The notes under the pieces were generated by a model, which did not search any database, was not told the origin of the DNA, and saw only the letters and a list, made by a program, of their open reading frames with translations. Position numbers and translations under genes: made by a program. From an uncultured beta proteobacterium (GTDB taxonomy: Bacteria; Pseudomonadota; Gammaproteobacteria; Burkholderiales; Casimicrobiaceae): a stretch of 64,000 bases of DNA. Location: NCBI GenBank assembly GCA_963813415.1, contig CAWEYW010000008.1:98170-162169 (forward strand), read 5' to 3'. Of this stretch, positions 31,246 through 39,821 are shown piece by piece; within the stretch, counting starts at the first letter, position 1, and every line of letters begins with the position of its first letter.

Positions 31246-33347
31246 GGCGAGCGCGCGAGGTAGCGCGAGCGCCCACGCAGCACGGCCGCCGCGACGAGCG
31301 CCAGCACGCCGAGAAGCATCTGCAGCGCCGCGGGCGTCGCGGTCTGCGGCAGCACGCCGAGGATCTCCTCACCCGCACCGTACGGCCGGTTGACGGGCAG
31401 CATGAGACTGGCGGCAGACTCGCCGGCAGGCAATGTCGGTGTCACGTCCACCGCAACGAGACTCGTATATGCGCTCGCGAGATGGTGGGCGAGCGCGACC
31501 TCGAGCACGCTCGCGCGAATGTCGGTCTCGTTCGCGCCGCCATGCAGGGCATCGGTCAGCGTCTCGATCTTCGCGCGCGCCCATACCGCGTCGAGACCAC
31601 TCGCCGTCCCCGCGGGCAGGACTGGCAGCGTGGCCGTCCAGGGAACACCGCCGCGGCGGGCGCGGATCTGCACGTCACCTTCCATGCCGGCGGCGAACGC
31701 GGCGCTCACCGTGATCGGCTCGCCGGCATAGAGATCCGGAATGCGCTGGGGGTAGGTCTCGGCAGCGCCGGGCCAGGTGATGGCGACGTCGGTCAGCACC
31801 GGTGCCTCGAGCTTGCGCAACAGCGCCGCCATCTTCGCCTGCACTTCGCTCACCTCGCCGATGTAGGTGAACGTGCCGCGGCCGTATTGCGCGGCCTTGG
31901 TCATGAACCACGCATTCGGGGCAGAGCCGATGCCCACGGTGAAAAGCCGCCGGTCGCCGAGTTTCGCCGTGATGAAGGCGAGCAGCTCGGCCTCGTTGCC
32001 CACCGCACCGTCGGTGAGAAACACGACCTGGCGCACCGGGCCTGGCGTCGATCCTGCCCCCGACGTCGCCGATAGTGCAGCTTCGAGGGCGGGACGCATT
32101 TCGGTGCCGCCTTGCGCGCGGAGCGCGCGCACGAAGGCATGGGCACGGCCGATGCTCGCAGCATCGACGGGCAAGGGCGCGGCGAAAAGCGTACGCGTCA
32201 CGGAATCGAATGCGATGACGTTGAAGGAATCGCCGGACTGCAGCCGGTCGAGCGCGAGATCCAGCGCGTCCTTCGCCTGCCGGATCGAGCTGCCTTCCAT
32301 CGAGCCGGAGGTGTCGATGATGAACACGACCTCGCGCGCCTGGCGCGCGGCCGGCGTTTCCGCGGGCGGCGGAATCACCATCAACAGGGCGTACTCTGTT
32401 GCCCCCTGACGCTGTGCAAACAGGGCCGCGCCCGGCGCAGCGCCGACGTCCGGCTTCCATACGAGCTCGAAGTCGCGGTCGGCGGGCACGGGACCGTCGA
32501 GGGTGACGGTATAGCGATGGCCGGGCGCCTCCTCGATGTGCACGTCGTGATAGGTGCTCTGGAGCGTGCCGAGAGCGAACCCGGGATCGAGCATGACGCG
32601 CAGCGTCGTGGGATTCACCGGCGTCGAGCGTGGTGCGACCGGCGGATCCGGCGGCGTGTCGTTGATCGCCGCCGAGGCATCCGCCGAACGATAGGAGGTG
32701 GCACTCGCGGGGCTGTAGCGCGGCGTCAGCGCCATCGGGAAGCGCAGGCGAAAGGCGCCATTGTCGAAATGCGCGCTCTCCTGGTACTCGAGCGACACCA
32801 CGATGTCCTCATCGGGCCCGATGTTGGCGACACTGGTCGTGAAGAGATTGGGCCGCTGCTGCTCCACCAGGGTCGCCTTGCGTCCCTCCTGTCGCGCCTG
32901 CGCATAGGCCTGCTGCGCGGCGCGACGTTCGCGAATCTGCCCTTCGATCCGGCGGTCCCCGACCTGCATGTCGAGGTGATCCACCGCCGCGCCTTCGGGC
33001 AGCGGGAACACATAGATGGCTTCGAGCCATTCCATGCCCGGGTTGTGGAAGCGTTGCGTGACGCGCGTGCGCGCGACCATGCCGGTCACGGTGATCTCGA
33101 CGTCGGTGGCCAGCAGTGGCGCCGGCAGGTCGCCCCCCGGGCTGCGGAAGAGCAGCGTGCCCTGTCTCGGGCCCGTGGGTGACGGCGTCGCGGCGCGCGC
33201 CTGGTTGGCCACCACGAATGCCGCGAGCCCGAGCACGAGACTCACGAATACCCCGACGGCCAGCGCCTCCGCCGCCAGGCGCAGCACGTCGCGCACAATG
33301 CCGCCGCCGCGCCCATCGACCGATCCGATCCGACTGCTTGCCTGCAT
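31242..33347 (-). CDS. proteobacterial sortase target protein: VIT-like + von Willebrand A domains with C-terminal LPQTA sorting signal
   Basis: Trimmed to ATG 33347. N-terminal signal anchor, VIT-like region (TRVTQRFHNP...AIYVFPLPEGAAVD), vWA MIDAS VVFIIDTSGSMEG, and C-terminal LPQTATPAALQMLLGVLALVAAAVLRGRSRY. Confidence 0.9.
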   Translation of the reverse strand: MQASSRIGSVDGRGGGIVRDVLRLAAEALAVGVFVSLVLGLAAFVVANQARAATPSPTGPRQGTLLFRSPGGDLPAPLLATDVEITVTGMVARTRVTQRFHNPGMEWLEAIYVFPLPEGAAVDHLDMQVGDRRIEGQIRERRAAQQAYAQARQEGRKATLVEQQRPNLFTTSVANIGPDEDIVVSLEYQESAHFDNGAFRLRFPMALTPRYSPASATSYRSADASAAINDTPPDPPVAPRSTPVNPTTLRVMLDPGFALGTLQSTYHDVHIEEAPGHRYTVTLDGPVPADRDFELVWKPDVGAAPGAALFAQRQGATEYALLMVIPPPAETPAARQAREVVFIIDTSGSMEGSSIRQAKDALDLALDRLQSGDSFNVIAFDSVTRTLFAAPLPVDAASIGRAHAFVRALRAQGGTEMRPALEAALSATSGAGSTPGPVRQVVFLTDGAVGNEAELLAFITAKLGDRRLFTVGIGSAPNAWFMTKAAQYGRGTFTYIGEVSEVQAKMAALLRKLEAPVLTDVAITWPGAAETYPQRIPDLYAGEPITVSAAFAAGMEGDVQIRARRGGVPWTATLPVLPAGTASGLDAVWARAKIETLTDALHGGANETDIRASVLEVALAHHLASAYTSLVAVDVTPTLPAGESAASLMLPVNRPYGAGEEILGVLPQTATPAALQMLLGVLALVAAAVLRGRSRYLARSP
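31245..31352 (-). other. sortase sorting signal (LPQTA + hydrophobic segment + basic tail)
   Basis: The last 36 codons of the target gene. The ctgccgcagaccgcg (LPQTA) codons lie at 31352..31338 on the minus strand. Confidence 0.8.
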
Positions 33348-33596
33348 GACTGCCCTTTCCCGGAGTGCAACAGGCGCCTGGCAGTCGCGATGCATCGCAT
33401 CGCCGGCCCCTGCGCCACGATGCGATTGCACGACGCCGCGCGGGCCGCGGTCGGGCAGGAAAAGGGCAGGGCGGGGAAGAAAAATGGCAAAGCGATGGCA
33501 GCAGTCCGTGGATGGGGCGATCGTCGTGACGCTGCGCTATAGTCGGCGCAGCTTGCGCATCGCTTCGGAAACAATCCCCACGAACGGTTTTGCCGG

Positions 33597-34295
33597 ATGA
33601 CCCGTCGCATCGCCATCATCGAGGACGAGCCCGCCATTCGCGCCAACTACGCGGACGCGCTGCGCCGTCACGGCTATGAAGTGGCGGCGTTCGGCAGCCG
33701 TGCGGAGGCGATGCGCGCCTTCGTGACGCGTCTTCCCGACCTCGCCCTGATCGACATCGGCCTGGGCGACGATGTCGACGGCGGCTTCGCGCTCTGCCGC
33801 GACCTGCGCGCCCTCTCCTCCACGCTGCCGATCCTGTTCCTGACCGCGCGCGACGGCGATTTCGACGTGGTCGCCGGCCTGCGCATGGGCGCGGACGATT
33901 ACCTCTCGAAGGACGTCAGCCTGCCGCATCTCACGGCGCGCATCGCCGCGCTGTTCCGGCGCAGCGATCTCCTCGGCGCCACGTCCGCCGTCGAGGAGAC
34001 GCTCACCCGCGGGCCGCTCCACCTCGACCTGAAGCGCATGACCGCGCGCTGGCAGGGAAACCCAGTGGAGCTCACGCTGACCGAGTTCTGGATGGTGCAC
34101 GCACTGGCGCGCTTTCCCGGGCACGTAAAGGATCGCGACGCCCTCATGCGCGACGCGCGCATCGTGGTCGACGACAGCACGATCACCTCGCACGTGAAGC
34201 GCATCCGGCGCAAGTTCGCTGCCGTCGATCCCGGATTCGACCGCATCGACACGGTGTACGGCATGGGCTATCGCTGGAAAGGCGATGACGCCTGA
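33597..34295 (+). CDS. OmpR-family response regulator (dedicated sortase system type)
   Basis: Receiver domain (RIAIIEDE, LALIDIGL) plus winged-helix output (TLTEFWMVHAL...VYGMGYRW). Divergent from the target-sortase operon. Confidence 0.9.
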   Translation: MTRRIAIIEDEPAIRANYADALRRHGYEVAAFGSRAEAMRAFVTRLPDLALIDIGLGDDVDGGFALCRDLRALSSTLPILFLTARDGDFDVVAGLRMGADDYLSKDVSLPHLTARIAALFRRSDLLGATSAVEETLTRGPLHLDLKRMTARWQGNPVELTLTEFWMVHALARFPGHVKDRDALMRDARIVVDDSTITSHVKRIRRKFAAVDPGFDRIDTVYGMGYRWKGDDA

Positions 34296-35961
34296 GCGCG
34301 CGCCGTCGGCGCGCAAAGGGCGGCGGCATTTCGCGCTCGGCATCCGCGCCCAGCTCCTGCTGGTGCTCACCGTGTTCCTGGTGCTGCCGTGGCTCGGGTA
34401 TGAATACGTGCAGGAGCTCGAGCGGTTCCTGCGCGACGCGCACGAGAAATCCCTCGCCAACACCGCCGAAGCCGTCGCCACCGCCCTGCACGACCGCGCG
34501 CGGCTGTTCGAGCAGCCAGGCCTCGCGCTGGCGCCGCTCGCGAGTGCGCGCAGTGCCGACGACGCCGGCGAGACCGAATTGCCGTCGCGCAATACGGTCC
34601 CGGGAGGCACCTCGGCCGAGATCGCCCAGATCCTGCACGGCCTCTCGCGCACCACTGCGCGCATCTGGGTCATCGATCGCAATCTCGACGTGCTCGCTCG
34701 CGCCGGATCGCTGCGCAAGCGGCCCGCATCACCGCCTCCGCCGCCCGCGGGATGGCAGCGCGTGAGCGGATGGATCGAGGCGCACACCGTCGCGCCGCTG
34801 TATCGGCTGGCGTTGAAGCAGCCGACCGACGATTTCGCGGAAGAGGCTGCAGGACGCACGCTGGCACAGGCGCGTGAAGTGGACGGCGCGCTTTCCGGCA
34901 TCCTGACGATCGATCGGCGGCCGACCCCCGACGGTCGCGCGACCATCGTCACGGCGGCCCATCCGATCTGGGTCGGCGATCAGGTGCGCGGCGCAGTGAT
35001 CGTCGAGGAAACCGGCAACGCGGTGCTCGCCGAGCGCAACCACGCCTTCGAGCGCCTGTTCAACATCGTGATTGCCGCGCTCCTGATCGGCTCCGCCGCG
35101 GTGACGTTCTACGCGACCCGGCTTTCGGGCCGCATACGCGCGCTGCGCGATGACGCCGAGCGCGCCATCGACCCGCAGGGCCGCGTGCACGCGCACCTCG
35201 CCGGCGCCGACGCGGGGGACGAGATCGGCGACCTGTCGCGCAGCTTTGCCAGCGTGCTCGAGCGGCTCGGCCAGTACGCCGCCTACCAGAAGAACATGGC
35301 GAGCCGGCTGTCGCACGAGCTGCGCACCCCGATTGCGGTGGTGCGCTCCTCCCTCGAGAACCTGCAGGTGCAGGTGCGCGACGAAGCCGCGCGCGTTTAC
35401 CTCGACCGCGCACAGGGCGGTCTCGCGCGCCTGACCGCGATCCTGACGCGCATGACGGAGGCGACCCGCCTCGAGCAGAGCCTGCACGAGGCGGAGCGCG
35501 AACGCATCGACCTCGTGGCGCTCGTCGGCGGCTGCGTGGAAGGTTATCGGGCGGCGTATCCCGGCCACGCCTTCCACGTCGAGCTGCCGGCGGCGCCATT
35601 GCCAGCGCTGATTGCGCCGGATCTCATCGCGCAGATGCTCGACAAGCTGATCGTCAATGCCACCGAATTCGCCACGCCGGGCTCACCGATCCATGTGCGC
35701 CTGGAGCGCGCCGGCGACCGCGCGCGGATCATCGTGGGCAATTCCGGACCGCTGCTGCCCGAAGGCATGGAAGACCGGTTGTTCGAGTCCATGGTTTCCG
35801 TGCGTCCCGACGCGGGCAGCGATGTTCCGCATCTCGGCCTCGGGCTGTACATCGTGCAGCTGATCGCCAAGTTCCACGGCGGGCGCGCCCGCGCCGAGAA
35901 TCGGGCCGACGGCTCCGGCGTGGTGATCACCGTCGCGCTGCCGCGCGAGCTTGACGATTAG
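34285..35961 (+). CDS. sensor histidine kinase (dedicated sortase system type)
   Basis: Overlaps the regulator gene by 11 nt. Two TM segments flank a ~210 aa periplasmic region. H-box SHELRTPIAVV, N/G boxes NATEFA and GLGLYIVQLIAKFHGG. Confidence 0.9.
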   Translation: MTPERAPSARKGRRHFALGIRAQLLLVLTVFLVLPWLGYEYVQELERFLRDAHEKSLANTAEAVATALHDRARLFEQPGLALAPLASARSADDAGETELPSRNTVPGGTSAEIAQILHGLSRTTARIWVIDRNLDVLARAGSLRKRPASPPPPPAGWQRVSGWIEAHTVAPLYRLALKQPTDDFAEEAAGRTLAQAREVDGALSGILTIDRRPTPDGRATIVTAAHPIWVGDQVRGAVIVEETGNAVLAERNHAFERLFNIVIAALLIGSAAVTFYATRLSGRIRALRDDAERAIDPQGRVHAHLAGADAGDEIGDLSRSFASVLERLGQYAAYQKNMASRLSHELRTPIAVVRSSLENLQVQVRDEAARVYLDRAQGGLARLTAILTRMTEATRLEQSLHEAERERIDLVALVGGCVEGYRAAYPGHAFHVELPAAPLPALIAPDLIAQMLDKLIVNATEFATPGSPIHVRLERAGDRARIIVGNSGPLLPEGMEDRLFESMVSVRPDAGSDVPHLGLGLYIVQLIAKFHGGRARAENRADGSGVVITVALPRELDD

Positions 35962-36102
35962 CCCGCCGGCGCGGCAGCGCCGTCACGCGCGTGCCGTGTG
36001 CCGGCGGTGCAAATTAGGATCTGCACCGAGGCACCATCCCGGGTCGGCGATAATGGCGGCCCGTCGCGAGCACCGCGACCGTCTTGTCCCTGCCGATTCG
36101 CG

Positions 36103-36468
36103 ATGCCCGCCTTCAATTCCATGCTTGCCTCGCCCGCGCTGCTGTGCGTTCTCCTCCTCGCCGGGTCCAACGTCTTCATGACCATGGCCTGGTATGGCCA
36201 TCTCAAGCACGTGCAGACGTGGCCGTGGTGGGGCGCCGCGCTCATCTCGTGGGGCATCGCACTCTTCGAATACCTCCTGCAGGTGCCGGCCAATCGCATC
36301 GGCTTCGGCACGTTTTCCCTTCCCCAGCTCAAGATCCTGCAGGAAGTGATCACGCTGTGCGTGTTCGTGCCCTTCGCGGTGTTCTACATGGGGCAGCCGC
36401 TCAAGCTGGATTTCCTCTGGGCCGGACTGTGCCTCGTCGGCGCGGTGTTCTTCATCTTTCGCACTTGA
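36103..36468 (+). CDS. DMT-superfamily small membrane protein (DUF486-like)
   Basis: Trimmed to ATG 36103. Four hydrophobic segments: NVFMTMAWYGHLK...LKILQEVITL. Confidence 0.75.
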   Translation: MPAFNSMLASPALLCVLLLAGSNVFMTMAWYGHLKHVQTWPWWGAALISWGIALFEYLLQVPANRIGFGTFSLPQLKILQEVITLCVFVPFAVFYMGQPLKLDFLWAGLCLVGAVFFIFRT

Positions 36469-36481
36469 ACGCCCGCCGCTG

Positions 36482-37711
36482 ATGGATTTCGTGCGCGTGT
36501 ACTCGCCGTTCGCGGCGGGCTATTTGCTCTCCTATGTGTTCCGCACGGTCAATGCGGTCATCTCGCCGGAGCTCTCGCACGAGCTGGCGCTCTCGCCGGC
36601 CGCGCTGGGACTTTTGACCAGCGCCTATTTCATCGCCTTCGGCGCGATGCAGATTCCGGCCGGGATGCTGCTCGACCGCTTCGGGCCGCGGCGCGTCGAG
36701 CCCGTGTTTCTGCTGCTCGCCGGCACGGGATCGCTCGCCTTCGGATTCGCGCACGGCGAGGCCGGACTCCTCGCGGCGCGCGCGCTGATCGGCGCCGGCG
36801 TGGCGACGTGCCTGATGGCGCCGCTGAAAGGCATATCCGCGTGGTATCCGGCGGAGCGTCATGCTTCGCTCGCCGGCTGGATGATGGTCGCCGGCGGCCT
36901 CGGTGCGCTGCTCGCTACGGCGCCGCTGGAGTTCGCGCTGCGGTTCACGCACTGGCGCACGATCTTCGTCGTCCTCGCGGCGATCACCTACGCCGTCGCG
37001 ATCTGGATGTGGTGGCGCGTTCCGGACATGGCGAAGCCGAGGCAGGTCAGCAGCTGGCGTGCGCAGTGGCAGGGCGTGCGACTGGTGTTCGGGACCCCGC
37101 GGTTCTGGTGGCTTGCGCCGCTCGCTGCGCTAGCGATGGGTGCGTTCATGGCGATCCAGGGTCTCTGGTCGGTGCCGTGGATGATGGAGGTGCAGGGGTT
37201 CGACCGCGCGTCCGCCGCCCGGCATCTGCTGCTGATGAGCATCGTCACGCTCGGCGGGTACCTCTTCCTCGGCACGTTTTCGACGCGTCTCGCGCGCCGC
37301 GGTATCGAGGCGCGGCACCTGTTCGCGTGCGGCTTCGGGCTCAATATCGCTTCCCTGGCGGCGATCGTGCTGCAGGTACCCGGCAGCTATCTCTGGTGGG
37401 GCCTCTACGGACTCGGCGCGTCGGTCAACGTACTGGGCTTCACCGTCCTCAGCCAGGGATTCGCGCGCGAGCTCACGGCGCGTGCCAACACCGCGCTCAA
37501 CGTGCTGATGTTCTCCGGCAGCTTCGCGACCCAATGGGGCGTGGGCGTGATCGCCGACGCGAGCCGGCATGCGTTCGGGTTCGATACGTCGCGCGGGCTG
37601 CAGCTCGCGTTCACGGTCATCCTGGCGCTCGAAGCAATCACCTATGCGTGGTTCATCGCCGGATGGCGCCGTCACGCGCGCCATCCGGCGGCGGCACCCG
37701 TTTCCGCCTGA
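36482..37711 (+). CDS. MFS transporter
   Basis: About 12 hydrophobic segments and LLDRFGPRR (MFS loop 2-3 motif). Confidence 0.85.
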   Translation: MDFVRVYSPFAAGYLLSYVFRTVNAVISPELSHELALSPAALGLLTSAYFIAFGAMQIPAGMLLDRFGPRRVEPVFLLLAGTGSLAFGFAHGEAGLLAARALIGAGVATCLMAPLKGISAWYPAERHASLAGWMMVAGGLGALLATAPLEFALRFTHWRTIFVVLAAITYAVAIWMWWRVPDMAKPRQVSSWRAQWQGVRLVFGTPRFWWLAPLAALAMGAFMAIQGLWSVPWMMEVQGFDRASAARHLLLMSIVTLGGYLFLGTFSTRLARRGIEARHLFACGFGLNIASLAAIVLQVPGSYLWWGLYGLGASVNVLGFTVLSQGFARELTARANTALNVLMFSGSFATQWGVGVIADASRHAFGFDTSRGLQLAFTVILALEAITYAWFIAGWRRHARHPAAAPVSA

Positions 37712-37716
37712 CCGAC

Positions 37717-39138
37717 ATGCACCTGCACATCCTCGGCATCTGCGGCACCTTCATGGGCGGCATCGCCGCCATCGCCAAGACAGCGGGCCACACGGTGTCC
37801 GGCTGCGATGCGAACGTGTATCCGCCGATGAGCACGCAGCTGGCGGCGCTGGGGATCGGCCTGACCGAGGGCTGGGATCCGGGGCAATTGCAGGCCGTCG
37901 CGCGCGACGCGGACATGTTCGTCATCGGCAACGTGGTGTCGCGCGGCAATCCGCTGATGGAGGCAATCCTCGATGCGGGCCTGCCCTACGTTTCCGGACC
38001 GCAGTGGCTCTACGAGAACGTGCTGCGCGGCAGGTGGGTACTCGCCGTGGCGGGCACGCACGGCAAGACCACGACCGCCTCGATGCTCGCCCGGATCCTC
38101 GAGCATGCGGGCCTCGCCCCGGGCTTCCTCATCGGCGGGGTGCCGGTCGACTTCGGCTGCTCGGCGCGCGGTCCCGGCGAGACGCCCTTCTTCGTGATCG
38201 AGGCCGACGAGTACGACACCGCATTCTTCGACAAGCGCTCCAAGTTCGTTCACTACCGGCCGCGCACGGTGGTGCTCAACAATCTCGAATACGACCACGC
38301 CGACATCTTTCCCGATCTCGGGGCCATCGAGACGCAGTTCCACCATCTCGTCCGCACGGTGCCGCGACAGGGGCGATTGATCGTGAATGGCAGCCAGCCG
38401 AGTCTCGCGCGGGTGCTCGCCCGAGGAACGTGGACCGAGGTCGAATCGTTTCGAGCCGCCGCGGACGATGACCTCCTCCGTGCACAGGTCGGCAAACCGG
38501 GCGCAGCCTGGTCGATCGGCGACGACGGCACGATAAGGCTCGGCGATCGCGTGGAAGGCGTACTGCGCTTCGGCGAAGCCGGCCGGCACAATCAGCTCAA
38601 TGCGCTGGCGGCTATCGCTGCCGCGCGCCATGCCGGGGTTCCCGTGCGCGAGAGCCTGGCGGCGCTCGCCGCTTTCCGCGGCGTGAAACGACGCCTGGAA
38701 CTGCGTGGCGTCGTGAATCGCATCACGGTGTACGACGACTTTGCGCATCATCCGACTGCCATCGCCACCACGATCGATGGGCTGAGGCGCCGCGTGGGGA
38801 ACGGCCGCGTCATCGCGGTACTCGAGCCGCGCTCCAACACGATGAAGCTCGGCGCGGTGAAGGACGCCCTGCCGGGCAGTCTTGCTGCCGCGGAGGCGGT
38901 GTTCTGCTACGCACACAACCTGGGCTGGGACGTCGCCGCCGCGCTCTCGCCGCTCGGCGCGCGCGCGGCCGTGGTCGACGATCTCGACCACCTGGCCGAC
39001 CTGGTCGTGGCGAGCGCGCGCCCGGGCGATCACATCCTCGTGATGAGCAACGGCGGCTTCGGCGGCATTCACGACAAGCTGCTGCAACGCCTGCGCAATC
39101 AGGCCCCAGGCCAGCCACAGGCATCGCACGCGCCATGA
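37717..39138 (+). CDS. mpl: UDP-N-acetylmuramate:L-alanyl-gamma-D-glutamyl-meso-diaminopimelate ligase
   Basis: Track ORF 36808..39138 trimmed to ATG 37717. MHLHILGICGTFMGGIA, GTHGKTTT, and Mur-ligase architecture. Confidence 0.9.
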   Translation: MHLHILGICGTFMGGIAAIAKTAGHTVSGCDANVYPPMSTQLAALGIGLTEGWDPGQLQAVARDADMFVIGNVVSRGNPLMEAILDAGLPYVSGPQWLYENVLRGRWVLAVAGTHGKTTTASMLARILEHAGLAPGFLIGGVPVDFGCSARGPGETPFFVIEADEYDTAFFDKRSKFVHYRPRTVVLNNLEYDHADIFPDLGAIETQFHHLVRTVPRQGRLIVNGSQPSLARVLARGTWTEVESFRAAADDDLLRAQVGKPGAAWSIGDDGTIRLGDRVEGVLRFGEAGRHNQLNALAAIAAARHAGVPVRESLAALAAFRGVKRRLELRGVVNRITVYDDFAHHPTAIATTIDGLRRRVGNGRVIAVLEPRSNTMKLGAVKDALPGSLAAAEAVFCYAHNLGWDVAAALSPLGARAAVVDDLDHLADLVVASARPGDHILVMSNGGFGGIHDKLLQRLRNQAPGQPQASHAP

Positions 39139-39719
39139 ATCCGGTGGTGCTGTACCTGCACGGGCTCAATTCCGCGCCGCAATCCGTCAAGGGCCAGCTC
39201 GTGGCTCGCGCCCTCGCGGCACTGCCGCGGCCGCCCCGGTTTCACATGCCGCAATTACCGGATCGCCCGCTGCAGGCGATTGCCATGGTTGCGCGCTGGA
39301 TCGATGCCAACGTCGGGCGCGACGACGTCCTCACCCTCATCGGCAGCTCGCTGGGCGGCTTCTACGCAACGTGTCTCGCCGAGCGCTACGCCGCCCGCGC
39401 GGTGGCGATCAACCCGGCCATACGGCCGTATGCGTCGCTCGAGAGCTTCCTCGGTGCGCAGCGAAACCTCTACACGGGCGAGAGCTACGAGCTCACCCGC
39501 GTCCACCTGGACGAAATGGCCGCGTTGCACGTTGCACGCATCACCCGGCCGGAGCGTTATCTCCTGCTCGTGCGAAGCGGCGACGAGCTGCTCGACTGGC
39601 GCGAGGCGGTCGCGTATTACCGCGGTGCATGGCAGTACGTGGGCGGTGGGGGCGATCACGGATGGGCGGATTTCGCCCCGATGCTCCCGACGGTGCTCCA
39701 GTTCGCGCATTGCGCCTGA
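39135..39719 (+). CDS. YqiA/YcfP-family esterase (alpha/beta hydrolase)
   Basis: ATGA overlap with mpl. VLYLHGLNSAPQS and GSSLGG nucleophile elbow. Confidence 0.8.
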   Translation: MNPVVLYLHGLNSAPQSVKGQLVARALAALPRPPRFHMPQLPDRPLQAIAMVARWIDANVGRDDVLTLIGSSLGGFYATCLAERYAARAVAINPAIRPYASLESFLGAQRNLYTGESYELTRVHLDEMAALHVARITRPERYLLLVRSGDELLDWREAVAYYRGAWQYVGGGGDHGWADFAPMLPTVLQFAHCA

Positions 39720-39821
39720 CCCAGGTCAAATTGCTGCGTTCGGATGCAGGATGCAGCGGCGTTCCACGTCGTGCTCGATTACAATGCGCGACCCCCGCTT
39801 TGCACCTGCTGCAAACTGCCG

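Noticed and set aside
36808-37716. First 303 codons of track ORF 36808..39138
   Set aside because: Out of frame within the MFS transporter gene and junk-like. Mpl clearly begins at MHLHILGICGTFMGG (ATG 37717).
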